Below, in pieces: positions 37,428 to 47,460 of a stretch of 64,000 nt of DNA. This DNA comes from Parcubacteria group bacterium (GTDB lineage: Bacteria; Patescibacteriota; Minisyncoccia; Moranbacterales; UBA2206). The stretch covers positions 14,922 through 78,921 of the forward strand of contig JBAZYF010000004.1 in the NCBI GenBank assembly GCA_041659505.1. The letters are read 5' to 3'. A program made the position numbers and the translations under genes. Each line of letters begins with the position of its first letter. The stretch's first letter is position 1. The notes under the pieces are model-generated. The model saw only the letters and a list, made by a program, of their open reading frames with translations. It was not told the DNA's origin and made no database searches.

Positions 37428-38126
37428 TTAGATTCTTTTTTGTACGCCACCATTTTCAGATTGATTTAGGTATTTTTTTAAAAAATCTTCTCTCGTCATG
37501 TGAGCACTCCTAGTAGTTTTACCTATCGCAGATCCATCAGTTTCATCAATGACAAAACCAAACTTCTCTATAATTTTTGGATGTCTTGCAATAATCCATG
37601 ATTCTCCTTTGACCATTTCTATATCTTTATTTTTATTCACAATCTCAGCTAATATTTCCAACCCGTTTTTAAGTTTCACAATAGTTTCACCCAAAGATTC
37701 TCTCGGCCGTATATGTATCTCCGCGATATTTTTCTTCATATGACAGACGAGCAATTCATTGATTTGTATTCGTTCAAAATCATCCAAAGGATCCTTCTCG
37801 TTAAGTTCCGGGTATTTGATTGTTAAATCAACCAATGGCTTAATCAATTTAAACACTTGTTCGATAAATTCTCTCTTATCTTTTATGTTCGCGCATTGAT
37901 CTAATTCTACGCCGATCGTGTTTTCAACTCCATGTAGTTTCATAATCCTCGCCAAATTCTCTTTCATGGAATCTACTCGCTCCTTCCCTTTCTGATAAGT
38001 CTTAAAAATGACACCGATTTTGGTTTTTACCACGACATACTCCCTTTCCTTTTCTATATCCTCATGAGATTTTTGCAGTTCCTTTTTCCCATCAGAACTC
38101 TCCTGTTTTAAAATTTCTTCTCTCAT
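37428..38126 (-). CDS. Hypothetical protein
   Basis: Long AT-rich ORF; probable start MREEIL; no recognised motif. Confidence 0.55.
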   Translation of the reverse strand: MREEILKQESSDGKKELQKSHEDIEKEREYVVVKTKIGVIFKTYQKGKERVDSMKENLARIMKLHGVENTIGVELDQCANIKDKREFIEQVFKLIKPLVDLTIKYPELNEKDPLDDFERIQINELLVCHMKKNIAEIHIRPRESLGETIVKLKNGLEILAEIVNKNKDIEMVKGESWIIARHPKIIEKFGFVIDETDGSAIGKTTRSAHMTREDFLKKYLNQSENGGVQKRI

Positions 38127-38201
38127 TTTTTTAAGCTTACAGACATAATTAACTCCCCCTTGAACCACTTCCTGATTGTACCACAAATAAATCAAACCAT
38201 C

Positions 38202-40394
38202 CTACTTCGAAACACGCAGACTATTGAGAACCACAGAAACCGAACTGAAAGACATCGCTATCGCCGCGATTGCCGGCGTGAGAAAGCCAAACATCGCGAG
38301 CGGTATGGCAATGATGTTGTAGAAAAAAGCCCAAAAAAGATTTTGCCTGATTGCACGGAAAGTTTTGCGGGAAATTAAAATCGCCTCCACGACTTTTTTC
38401 AGATTATTCTCCAGCATCACGATCTGCCCAGCTTCCTTGGCGATATCCATCGCGCTACCCATCGCAATCCCCAGATCGGCCTGGATAAGACTTGGCGCGT
38501 CATTGATCCCATCGCCGACAAAAACAATTTTTTCTCCCCGCACTTGAAGCCGTCTGATCGCTTCCAGTTTCTCATGCGGCAATACATCAGCAATGACATT
38601 TTCAATTCCCAAATGCTCAGCCACAGACTGCGCCACCACTTCGCGATCACCGGAAATTATTCCCACCTTGAGACGCATTTTTTTCAACGTATCGACAACT
38701 TTTTTCGCTTCATCGCGAATTTCATCTTCGATCAAGAATGCCCCTAGAACAGTGCCGCCTTGAGCCACAAAAAGAAGCGCGCCTGTTTGATTTTTAGGGT
38801 CAGCCTCCATCTTAGAAATCCACTTTCCGCTCAACTCATTTTCTGCCATAATTTTTGCATTACCCAAAAGAACTGTTTTTCTTTCTCCATCGATTCCCGA
38901 AATTCCCCGCCCTTTATACTCCAACGTACTTTTTAGCTTTCGTTTTTCCATAGCGAGATTCAAGCTATTGGCATAAGCTACGATCGCCTTGGAATAGGGA
39001 TGCTCAGAATTTAGCGCCAAGCTATAGGCGATACTCAAAAAATCCGTCTCTGATGTTTTTACTTCCGGATTTTTAAGGATCACTTTGACGACCGGCCTAC
39101 CTTTGGTCAATGTCCCAGTTTTGTCGAAAATAACCATCGAAATATCCTTGATCCGTTCAAAGCTTTCTCCGCTTTTAAACAAAATTCCCTGTTTCGCCCC
39201 GCGCCCCGCCCCCACCATAATGGCTGTCGGCGTAGCCAGGCCGAGAGCACAAGGACAAGCAATAACTAAAACAGAAACCGCATAGATGACCGCTTGGACG
39301 CCCTTTTCCGTAAAAAAGTACCACGCAAGAAAAGTAATGAGCGTAAGCAAAAGTACCGTCGGCACAAAAACTCGCGCCACCTTGTCTGCTAATTTTTGAA
39401 TGGGCGGTTTGGAATTCTGTGCCTCTTCAACTGTTCGAATGATCTGTGCCAGCGCCGTCCCTTCGCCCGTCTGCGCTACCCGCACCTTGAGAATACCGTC
39501 TTCATTGAGCATCGCGCCAAAAACATAATCGCCCACTTTTTTTTCAACCAGTAATGACTCTCCTGTAAGCATCGATTCATCCACCGATGAATGTCCCTCA
39601 ACAATGTAGCCGTCCAGTGGAATTTTTTCGCCCGGTCGCACCACCACCACATCTCCAATTTTGAGCTCAGAAATCTCCACTTCTTTTTCTTCCCCACTAA
39701 TCAATATCCGTGCCCGCTTGGCACCCAACTCCAAAAGTTTTCGCATCGCTTCACCCGTTTTTTGCACACTGATATCCTCCAGATATTTCCCTAAAAGGAT
39801 AAACATGATGATCATTGCCGCGGTTTCAAAATAGTCCTTTTGCCCGTGGAAAACCGCCCAGAGGCTGAAAAAATAGGCGACGAGCGTACCCATTGAAATC
39901 AAACTATCCATATTAGCTTCTTTTTTTCTAGCCTGAAGATAAGCCATGCGATGAAACGGCCAACCCAAAATGAACACCACAATTGTTGCCAAAACAATAT
40001 GCACCCACATCACAAAATCAATTCCTGCAATCAAAAAACCAGACTTAATCTTAAAAAACATCCCCAAAAGGATCGGTAAAGAAAAAAGTGCCGATAAAAC
40101 TAGCCGGACTTTAATATTACCAAAAAGTTCATTTTTATACTGCGCATACTTATTAACTATCTGATACCTGCGCGAACGTTCACTGCCAATTCCATAACCA
40201 TTGGAAAGGATGATCTTTTTGACATCACTTTCGCTAAGCAGCTTATCATCATATTCCACCAAGGCTTTTTTGGTCGCAAAATTAATCGAAGCTTTTTTGA
40301 TTCCTGGCGTTTTCACCAGCACCCGTTCATTACTCGCCGCACAGCTGGCGCAGGTCATTCCGGTGATTTCAAAAATAATTTTCTTTGTTGGCAT
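38202..40394 (-). CDS. copA: Copper-translocating P1B-type ATPase
   Basis: GMTCASC metal-binding domain, TGES, CPC, DKTGT, GDGIND and YN...MxxSS motifs. Confidence 0.9.
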   Translation of the reverse strand: MPTKKIIFEITGMTCASCAASNERVLVKTPGIKKASINFATKKALVEYDDKLLSESDVKKIILSNGYGIGSERSRRYQIVNKYAQYKNELFGNIKVRLVLSALFSLPILLGMFFKIKSGFLIAGIDFVMWVHIVLATIVVFILGWPFHRMAYLQARKKEANMDSLISMGTLVAYFFSLWAVFHGQKDYFETAAMIIMFILLGKYLEDISVQKTGEAMRKLLELGAKRARILISGEEKEVEISELKIGDVVVVRPGEKIPLDGYIVEGHSSVDESMLTGESLLVEKKVGDYVFGAMLNEDGILKVRVAQTGEGTALAQIIRTVEEAQNSKPPIQKLADKVARVFVPTVLLLTLITFLAWYFFTEKGVQAVIYAVSVLVIACPCALGLATPTAIMVGAGRGAKQGILFKSGESFERIKDISMVIFDKTGTLTKGRPVVKVILKNPEVKTSETDFLSIAYSLALNSEHPYSKAIVAYANSLNLAMEKRKLKSTLEYKGRGISGIDGERKTVLLGNAKIMAENELSGKWISKMEADPKNQTGALLFVAQGGTVLGAFLIEDEIRDEAKKVVDTLKKMRLKVGIISGDREVVAQSVAEHLGIENVIADVLPHEKLEAIRRLQVRGEKIVFVGDGINDAPSLIQADLGIAMGSAMDIAKEAGQIVMLENNLKKVVEAILISRKTFRAIRQNLFWAFFYNIIAIPLAMFGFLTPAIAAIAMSFSSVSVVLNSLRVSK

Positions 40395-40447
40395 AAGTTT
40401 AACTAAATTAATTGATTCTTATTCTAAGGTTACTACATAAACTAATT

Positions 40448-40606
40448 GTCATCCTGAGCGAAATTCTGTACTCAGAACGCAGTCGAAGCCTGCCTGCCGG
40501 TAGGCAGGGATCTACTTACCAAAACCTCTAGTTTTGAAGATATAGACTAAACTTAGGATAGCGCAAGGCAGATTCTTCGACTCCACTACGTTTCGCTCAG
40601 AATGAC
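40448..40606. repeat. REP doublet (gtcatcctgagcg...cgctcagaatgac) with the 20-bp palindrome inserted at 40489..40508
   Basis: Removing cctgcctgccggtaggcagg restores gtcgaaggatct, which pairs with agattcttcgac in the right arm. Confidence 0.8.
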
Positions 40607-40613
40607 AATATTT

Positions 40614-41966
40614 CTACTCTACTATAAATTTACCACGAACCATCCCCATCCAACAACTAAACGGGATTTCGCCGACTTTATCAGGAGGAGTAAAATTCAC
40701 GACATTATCTCCAGAGCTGATACTTTGCGAAATCTTGAGACTAGGCACAATAATTTTATTCGTACAGCTTGTCACACTATCCCCTTTGATCACCCAACGC
40801 ACCGGCACGCCCTTTTTCAAATGTAAGGTATTTGGTGAGAATCCTGCGTTAGTCACATGCATTTCCACCACTTGCTCTGCCACATCAGTTTTTGCCGTTC
40901 CCATTTGTTCTTTTTGATTACTTTGATCGCCGAACACATTGCCCGATACGCCAACCAACGCCAAGCCGGAATTGAACGTATAAAAGGCAAAAATAACAAC
41001 TAGCATGCCAGCTACCTTTTGAAAAATCGCCGCATTTTTACCCTTGCTCCAAGCGGTAGTCACGCCAAGAGTGAGAAGGGACGGCACAGTGCCGAGTGCA
41101 AAAAGAAACATCCCAAGCCCTCCGCGCATAAAACTGCCCGAAGCAATGGCAAGGATCTGCATACTTTGCGTAAAACCACAGGGCAGAAAAAAAGTCATAA
41201 TTCCTAAGAGAAAAGGCGCGGCTGGATTTTGAGATTTTTTCAGCCTATTCCAGGGCGCGCTGAAAAATCTCGGCATCCGCATTCCCAGACTGGCGATATC
41301 AGGAAATAATCCCAATACATTAAGACCCAAAATTGCTAAAACCACTGCAATAATGATAGTGTAGACCGCGACAAAATTTCCACTGATATTTATCTCTCCG
41401 CCAATCGCACCGAGCAGTCCACCTAGGACAAAAAATCCGCCTAACCGGCCAAGATGGAAAAATAAGTTCGGCTTCACGGCTCCACCTAAAAACCCGCGCT
41501 TATCACCTTTATATTTTTCTGAAAAAGCAATCACCACCGATCCCACTACGACCAAGCAACTAGAAACAGAAGCGACAAGTCCGATGAGAAAGGCTGTTCC
41601 AAAATCAGCGCCAGAACCAGTGACACCGATTTTTTGCCCGAAACTAGAACCTTGAAACAGTTGAAAACCAAAAATTATTAAAATAACAAAAGCCACGGCC
41701 CAAAGCCAAGATTGCCAAGAACTCTTTCCAGCCTTCTCTATAGACATGATCGTTTTTCGCTCCGATGCAGTATGACCAAATTTCTCTACTATCTTTTTAA
41801 CTTCAGAAAAATCCGGCTCGGTATCTGCATAATCAAGTTCCACACTGCCTTTTTTTCGATCGGCACGAATCTTTTTTACGCCCGGAACGCCAGCCAATTC
41901 ATCATCGAGCAACTTCTCGCAACTAACACAATGCATCCCTTGGATATAGATTATTTTTGTTTGCAT
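40614..41966 (-). CDS. HMA + DsbD_2/TauE-like membrane domain + cupredoxin-like domain protein
   Basis: GMHCVSC, SSCL...G, FLPCGFTQ and FSCWMGMVRG motifs; start MQTKII. Confidence 0.85.
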   Translation of the reverse strand: MQTKIIYIQGMHCVSCEKLLDDELAGVPGVKKIRADRKKGSVELDYADTEPDFSEVKKIVEKFGHTASERKTIMSIEKAGKSSWQSWLWAVAFVILIIFGFQLFQGSSFGQKIGVTGSGADFGTAFLIGLVASVSSCLVVVGSVVIAFSEKYKGDKRGFLGGAVKPNLFFHLGRLGGFFVLGGLLGAIGGEINISGNFVAVYTIIIAVVLAILGLNVLGLFPDIASLGMRMPRFFSAPWNRLKKSQNPAAPFLLGIMTFFLPCGFTQSMQILAIASGSFMRGGLGMFLFALGTVPSLLTLGVTTAWSKGKNAAIFQKVAGMLVVIFAFYTFNSGLALVGVSGNVFGDQSNQKEQMGTAKTDVAEQVVEMHVTNAGFSPNTLHLKKGVPVRWVIKGDSVTSCTNKIIVPSLKISQSISSGDNVVNFTPPDKVGEIPFSCWMGMVRGKFIVE

Positions 41967-41970
41967 ATTC

Positions 41971-42100
41971 ATCCCCCACCACTTTTTCGCTCGCATCCGC
42001 GATTAAGCTAGAGGTAATTTATTAAATTATGCTATTGACATATCATGTGATTTATTAAAATAAAAAACGTAATCATAAAAGCGAAAAAGTGGTGGGGGAT
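41971..42100. repeat. 130-bp element with perfect 21-bp terminal inverted repeats
   Basis: atcccccaccactttttcgct ... agcgaaaaagtggtgggggat. Confidence 0.75.
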
Positions 42101-42104
42101 AAAC

Positions 42105-42374
42105 TTACTTAGACATCTTATTCAATCGCAAAATCTCATCGATCATTTCTTGCTTTCTTTTCTCGTTCGTTCCTTTCATAGCATTTATAAAACAACTATT
42201 GAGATGGCGCGCTAACAGCTTATCATTAGCAGATTTTAAAAGTCCCATCACAGCCAAATTCTGTTGCATGATCGAAACACAATATTCCCCACCCTCGACC
42301 ATCGTAATCACTTTCGCCAAATGCGTTCGCGCCTTTTTAAGCCCAATCAAAATTTGCCCATCTTCTTTTTGCAT
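42105..42374 (-). CDS. csoR: Copper-sensing repressor, CsoR family
   Basis: YC..IMQQ...HLNSC (C-H-C ligands); first gene of the copA operon. Confidence 0.85.
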   Translation of the reverse strand: MQKEDGQILIGLKKARTHLAKVITMVEGGEYCVSIMQQNLAVMGLLKSANDKLLARHLNSCFINAMKGTNEKRKQEMIDEILRLNKMSK

Positions 42375-42456
42375 ATTGTTATAAGTTTAGGAAATTATTC
42401 TGATTCGTATTTTTTAAAATTAAAAATTTTAAATTTTAAATTCCGCCTTAGCGGGT

Positions 42457-42473
42457 TACCTCCCCCCTAGGTA
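42457..42473. promoter_or_regulatory. CsoR operator
   Basis: TACCT-CCCCCC-T-AGGTA upstream of csoR; TAC...GTA ends around a C tract are typical of CsoR sites. Confidence 0.6.
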
Positions 42474-42505
42474 TAATATACTCGCACCTGGAAATCTTGT
42501 CAAAT

Positions 42506-42538
42506 AAAAAAACACCGGCAAAAAAGCTCCGGTGTTTC
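42506..42538 (-). terminator. Terminator after mraY
   Basis: Stem aaacaccgg...ccggtgttt with an A tract (U tract on the minus strand). Confidence 0.55.
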
Positions 42539-42556
42539 TATGTTATCTTTTTGTAA

Positions 42557-43663
42557 TTAGTGGTATTTCCCCATCCCGACAATTCCCACGATTATACCGA
42601 TAAGCGCCGTGACGGCGGTAAAGATCCAGACACGCATCGTCACTTTGGTCTCCGGCCAGCCCTTGGCTTCAAAATGATGATGAATCGGCGCTGCCAAAAA
42701 GACTTTGCGATGGAAAAATCTTTTGGAAGTCAATTGGATCGCCACCGAGCCAGATTCCAAAAGATAGATGAACACGATTATGAACAAAACTAGCGTTGAA
42801 TTAGTCAGCATTGCCACAACACCCAACGTTGCGCCAAGCGAAATCGCTCCCGTGTCTCCCATAAAAAAACGGGCCGGATGGATATTGAACCAAAGAAATG
42901 CCAGAAGTGCCCCGGCAATCGCTACGCAAAAAGCGGCCAAGTCGATCTTATTTTGAAAAAAAGAAATGAGCCCGAAAGAACTGAAAGCGATCAAAAGCAC
43001 CCCGGCATTAAGTCCGTCCAATCCGTCAGTTTCATTGGAAGAAATTGCTGTAAAAAGAATGACAAACATAAACAGCGGAAGGTACCAAAGACCAATATTA
43101 AAATCGCCTACGGCTGGAATATGGATATTATCCCAACCCAACTTATAATAAAACCACCAGGCGCCAAGAGCGGAAATCAAAATCAGCCAACCGAATCGAT
43201 AAAGAAAACGGATACCTCCGCCCTTATTCTTACCGATCCCTCGCACGCTTGCCCAATCATCGCAAAGCCCCAAAATGCCAGCCGAAATCAAAGCGAATAA
43301 TGGAAGCCAGACTTGCTTTCTGCTAAAAAAATCCAGCCGTGCCAAAAAATTAACTCCGGTCCACTCCGCAAACAAAGGAAAAAGATAATGCGAGGCATAA
43401 ACTAAAACTAAAACAGAAAACCATACCAGTACCCCGCCCATACTAGGTGTTCCGTTTTTATGTTTATGCAACTCACTAACATAGGTCAATTTTTCTCCGT
43501 CCACTCCATTAGTTTTGATCCTGATTCCGATTTTGTATTTATATAAGAAATGAGTGAGTAGCGGCGTCAAAAAAAACGCCAGCAGAAAGGCTAAAAAACC
43601 GGTGAATAAAACCTTAAGCATATCAAGCACAGCAGGAATAGTTTGGATTTGCGCTAGTTCCAT
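42557..43663 (-). CDS. mraY: Phospho-N-acetylmuramoyl-pentapeptide transferase
   Basis: KNGTPSMGG, NETDGLDGL, FMGDTG and APIHHHFE motifs. Confidence 0.95.
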   Translation of the reverse strand: MELAQIQTIPAVLDMLKVLFTGFLAFLLAFFLTPLLTHFLYKYKIGIRIKTNGVDGEKLTYVSELHKHKNGTPSMGGVLVWFSVLVLVYASHYLFPLFAEWTGVNFLARLDFFSRKQVWLPLFALISAGILGLCDDWASVRGIGKNKGGGIRFLYRFGWLILISALGAWWFYYKLGWDNIHIPAVGDFNIGLWYLPLFMFVILFTAISSNETDGLDGLNAGVLLIAFSSFGLISFFQNKIDLAAFCVAIAGALLAFLWFNIHPARFFMGDTGAISLGATLGVVAMLTNSTLVLFIIVFIYLLESGSVAIQLTSKRFFHRKVFLAAPIHHHFEAKGWPETKVTMRVWIFTAVTALIGIIVGIVGMGKYH

Positions 43664-43669
43664 AATATT

Positions 43670-44725
43670 TTATTTCCATTCATAGTTATTATACACCCAA
43701 CTTAGAAGTACCCGCATATCATCCCAGCGCTTTTCGTCATTCAGAAGTACGGTAATCACCTTATGCTTGCCGGTTGGATCAGTCGATCCCATAAGGAGCG
43801 ACTTGCCAGCCAGCGGAGTAAACCCGGTTTTGCCGCCTAAGCAATTGGAAATATTGCCCAAAAGCAGATCGGTATTTTTCAGCTGATGCATATACTTTCC
43901 GTCGGTGGAATAGAACTGACCTTCTGGTATTTTCATTATATCCCAGATCAACTCATATTGCATAGAAGCAGCAGCGATCCGTGCGATATCGTAGGCGGAA
44001 GAATAGCACTCATTTTCCCGACCGTCAATCTCCAAGCCCGACGGGGTGCAAAAATGCGTATCGATAAGTCCCATGTTCTTAGCTTTTTGATTCATCTCTT
44101 CCACGAATTTTTCTGGCGTGCCTGAAATATATATCCCCAAAGATGTTGCCGCGTCATTGGCACTATTCAAAAGCATCGCTTTCAAAAGATCGATAGCATG
44201 CACCTTCTCCCCTGCATACATTTGATTGCCATTACAAAACACACTGGTCGGACAACCCACCACCGTCCCGTCAACACGCAACCCTTCCTTTTTTATCGTC
44301 ACTTCCGCAGTAAGATCGGGAATATTTTCGATCGTCAAGATTGCCGTCATCATCTTGGTAAGTGAAGCGATCTGGGTCTGCTTGCGACCATTATCATAGT
44401 GCAAAATTGTTCCGCTGTCTACATCGATGGCCACTGACGAACCGGCCCAGACCTGCAGATCGGTACAATTGGTTTTTCGTTTTGGCACCAACCCTGAGCT
44501 GGATAGATCGAGAGAGGAAAAATCCGGCTTTTGCGTCAAATCAAAATTCTTTTCCGCAGCAGCTCCATCACTACTTGTCATTATGACTTCCTCACCCAAA
44601 ACTTTCTGGCTTTGACCGCCGGCGAAAAGCCGCTCCTTCATCTGCCCTAGATCACGTGAAAAATTCCCAGAAAAAATGCTAGGCAACATCAGGACAAACA
44701 AAATTGTATAAAGCATATTAAACAT
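43670..44725 (-). CDS. D-alanyl-D-alanine carboxypeptidase (peptidase S11)
   Basis: ASLTK, SAN and KTG motifs. Confidence 0.9.
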   Translation of the reverse strand: MFNMLYTILFVLMLPSIFSGNFSRDLGQMKERLFAGGQSQKVLGEEVIMTSSDGAAAEKNFDLTQKPDFSSLDLSSSGLVPKRKTNCTDLQVWAGSSVAIDVDSGTILHYDNGRKQTQIASLTKMMTAILTIENIPDLTAEVTIKKEGLRVDGTVVGCPTSVFCNGNQMYAGEKVHAIDLLKAMLLNSANDAATSLGIYISGTPEKFVEEMNQKAKNMGLIDTHFCTPSGLEIDGRENECYSSAYDIARIAAASMQYELIWDIMKIPEGQFYSTDGKYMHQLKNTDLLLGNISNCLGGKTGFTPLAGKSLLMGSTDPTGKHKVITVLLNDEKRWDDMRVLLSWVYNNYEWK

Positions 44726-44755
44726 CGTAAGTGGTGGACGGTAAAATTTTAAATC

Positions 44756-45388
44756 CTAACTTTCAGCCTCGGCTGTCTTTTCGATCTCGTCATCATTTTT
44801 CTCCCCCGCCTTCTCTACTACCTCAGCACTATTTTTTTCCGGCGCTGAAGGAACTTCTTGAGTATTTTCTTCAATTTTCTTATTTAAAACTTCCCAATCC
44901 GGCAATTTCTCGACACTGTCCATTCCCAATTTTTTCAAAAAATCCAGAGAAACGCTGTAAATATAGCGGCGATTATCTTTGATATTTTCTGTCCGGTCCA
45001 TAAGGCCCCGGATGAGCAATGCGCGTATAGTAAAACTGCAATTCACCCCGCGGATCGCCTCTATCTCTGCTCGCGTCATCGGTCCGCGATAAGCGACGAT
45101 CGAAAGAACTTCTAGGGCTGCTTGGCTCAAATTTTCTTGGATCTCACTCTTGACCAGTTCCGCCACAAACTCGGCATTCTCAGGATTGGTTACCAACTGA
45201 AGTTCATCCTTGATCCTAACAATCAAAAGTCCGCGGCCCTTGGCATAATCTTCATTTAGTTTTGCAATTGCCTCCTCCACTTCCGCTTCGGTCGCGTCAG
45301 AAACTTTCGCCAACTTCAGAAGCTTCATCGGTTCACCGCTGACAAAAAGGATACTTTCGATGATTGATTTGATTTTTTCCGGTTGCAT
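44756..45388 (-). CDS. scpB: SMC-Scp complex subunit ScpB
   Basis: IESILFVSGEP and LSQAALEVLSIVAYRGPMTRAEIEAIRGV. Confidence 0.95.
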   Translation of the reverse strand: MQPEKIKSIIESILFVSGEPMKLLKLAKVSDATEAEVEEAIAKLNEDYAKGRGLLIVRIKDELQLVTNPENAEFVAELVKSEIQENLSQAALEVLSIVAYRGPMTRAEIEAIRGVNCSFTIRALLIRGLMDRTENIKDNRRYIYSVSLDFLKKLGMDSVEKLPDWEVLNKKIEENTQEVPSAPEKNSAEVVEKAGEKNDDEIEKTAEAES

Positions 45389-45476
45389 AAGATTGGATTA
45401 TTAGAATTTAAGCTAATAAATTCGGCATTATAAAATTGATGAATTGGAAATTGTTTAGAAATTAAAAATTAAAAAT

Positions 45477-46220
45477 TTACTCACCCGTTCCGCTCTGCAT
45501 GCTTAGTTTAATTTCCTGAAACAACTCCTGTTGTTCTACTCGGATGATCCGTTGCTTCACCATCTCCAGCATCGCCAAAAAGGAAATAATTACATCAATT
45601 TTGTCCTTCGCCTCAGCCACCAGTTCGGAAAAGCAGGTTTCTATCTTGTTGCGCAAGGCCACTTCCAGGTCACTGATTCGTTCTTCCAGGGTAATGACTT
45701 CTCCCACAATCTCTTCTTGCAACACGGAAACGATCGGGACTTCACAAAGCACTTTTTGGAAATATTTTTTCAGATCATAAGCATTGATGCCTTCTGGCGG
45801 ATAGAAAACTGACCGGATTCCCAAATACGGCGGCTTGGAATAGCAAACGTGGTTTTCCACCGCCAGTTTCTTGATTTTGGCGGAGATGTCTTTGAACCGC
45901 TTATACTCCGCCAACTGCTCCGCCAAATCTTCAATTTCCTCCTCCTCTTCATCAGTAAATTTAAGGATCGGCAAAAGAGCGCGCGATTTGATGAGGATCA
46001 ATTTAGCCGCCACAGACAAAAAATCCGCCAAATGCTCCAGGTGGATATTTTGATTATCCCGGATATAGTCCAGATATTGATCCGCCACTCGAGCCAAGTT
46101 CAGCTCGGTGATGCTCAATTTTTCTTTCTCAATCAGCTCCAAAAGCAATTCCAACGGGCCCTCAAATTTTTCTAACTTGACCTGGTACACAAAATTATAC
46201 GCTAATCTTTTTAACCTCAC
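45477..46220 (-). CDS. scpA: Segregation/condensation protein A (kleisin)
   Basis: FEGPLELLLELI, LILIKSRALLP and FLAMLEMVK; start uncertain. Confidence 0.95.
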   Translation of the reverse strand: MRLKRLAYNFVYQVKLEKFEGPLELLLELIEKEKLSITELNLARVADQYLDYIRDNQNIHLEHLADFLSVAAKLILIKSRALLPILKFTDEEEEEIEDLAEQLAEYKRFKDISAKIKKLAVENHVCYSKPPYLGIRSVFYPPEGINAYDLKKYFQKVLCEVPIVSVLQEEIVGEVITLEERISDLEVALRNKIETCFSELVAEAKDKIDVIISFLAMLEMVKQRIIRVEQQELFQEIKLSMQSGTGE

Positions 46221-46255
46221 TATCTTAGCACCTTTTTTTCAAAATGGCCACCTCC

Positions 46256-47428
46256 CTATTTCCGCTTCCCCGACAAGCGATAAGCGGGGATCAAAGCGGA
46301 AAAAACCACCAGTGCCAACAAGATAAAAATGGCGGAAAGTGGTAAAAATAGCAAAAGAGCAAAAGACAAACTGGCGGCTACGATATAGCCGACCGGCATC
46401 GCTGTGCGAAAAAAACCGATCAGATCAACATCATCCCCGTCGATCCGTTTATAAAAATAGGAATCGCGCAAAATTTCCACCATCGCCGCGCCGATCCTGG
46501 TCAGAAGCAGGACCAACGACCACAAGAGGACATTCGGCGAATGAGTCAGAAAAACTACGACTGAAGCAATCACCATGATGAACAGAGCAAAAATCAAAAG
46601 TTTTTTTTCACCGGTTTTTTTATCCGCTAGAAAACCCATCGGGTATTGCAAAAAAACAAACGGCAGAAGCATTGCGGAAAAAATAATGCCGATCTGGTTC
46701 CAGTCTAAACCTAGATCGATGAGGTATAGAGGCATATAGATGATCATCAGCGCGTAAAAAAATTCCAAGACAAAAGAAATATAATAGATCGCCATCACAT
46801 TTTTCCGCTGATAAACTTTTCTCAGCAGATTGGATATGGAAATATCCCTTTGCGGTTTTTCATTCGTATCCCTCAGCTTGGTCAGTGCATAGAAAAAAAC
46901 CACTATGTTAAAAAGCAAGAGAAAAATAAAAATACCGGAAAAATCAAAATGCTCCAAGATTCGGGTCGAAATAAACGGACCCAATAGAAAACCCGTATTA
47001 AGAATCGTGAGGTGCATCCCGCGGATCCGTCCCGACTCTTTGTCGCAAGAAAAAGATTCCAAAATCGTGTCCAGACTGACCCACTCCAAACCGGAAAAAA
47101 TCACATAGAGCATCAAAAGAAAGATGCCCCAACCGGACGGCTGCGAATTAGCCAAAAAAACTAGGCTGACAATCTTAAGGGCCAAAATTACCAAAAAAAT
47201 ACTAGTTTTCCCCAATGTTCTCGTCAATTTATACAGATTCAAAAGGATAAGCAGCGAGATTGCGTAGGCGATAAGATAAAAGCCTCCGACATTTTCCGTG
47301 CCGGAAGCTTCTCTGAAATAACTCGACATCACATAGATCAAGACGGCCTGTGAAAAGCCTAGGAAAAATGAAATGAAATTGATCGCTTTAGTTTTTTTGT
47401 GATCCAAATGTTCTTTGTGTTTTGGCAT
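46256..47428 (-). CDS. MFS transporter
   Basis: About 12 hydrophobic segments; GFLADKKTG motif-A-like loop. Confidence 0.8.
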   Translation of the reverse strand: MPKHKEHLDHKKTKAINFISFFLGFSQAVLIYVMSSYFREASGTENVGGFYLIAYAISLLILLNLYKLTRTLGKTSIFLVILALKIVSLVFLANSQPSGWGIFLLMLYVIFSGLEWVSLDTILESFSCDKESGRIRGMHLTILNTGFLLGPFISTRILEHFDFSGIFIFLLLFNIVVFFYALTKLRDTNEKPQRDISISNLLRKVYQRKNVMAIYYISFVLEFFYALMIIYMPLYLIDLGLDWNQIGIIFSAMLLPFVFLQYPMGFLADKKTGEKKLLIFALFIMVIASVVVFLTHSPNVLLWSLVLLLTRIGAAMVEILRDSYFYKRIDGDDVDLIGFFRTAMPVGYIVAASLSFALLLFLPLSAIFILLALVVFSALIPAYRLSGKRK

Positions 47429-47460
47429 CGTACTTTTTTGTTTTTAATTTTACTATTGAA

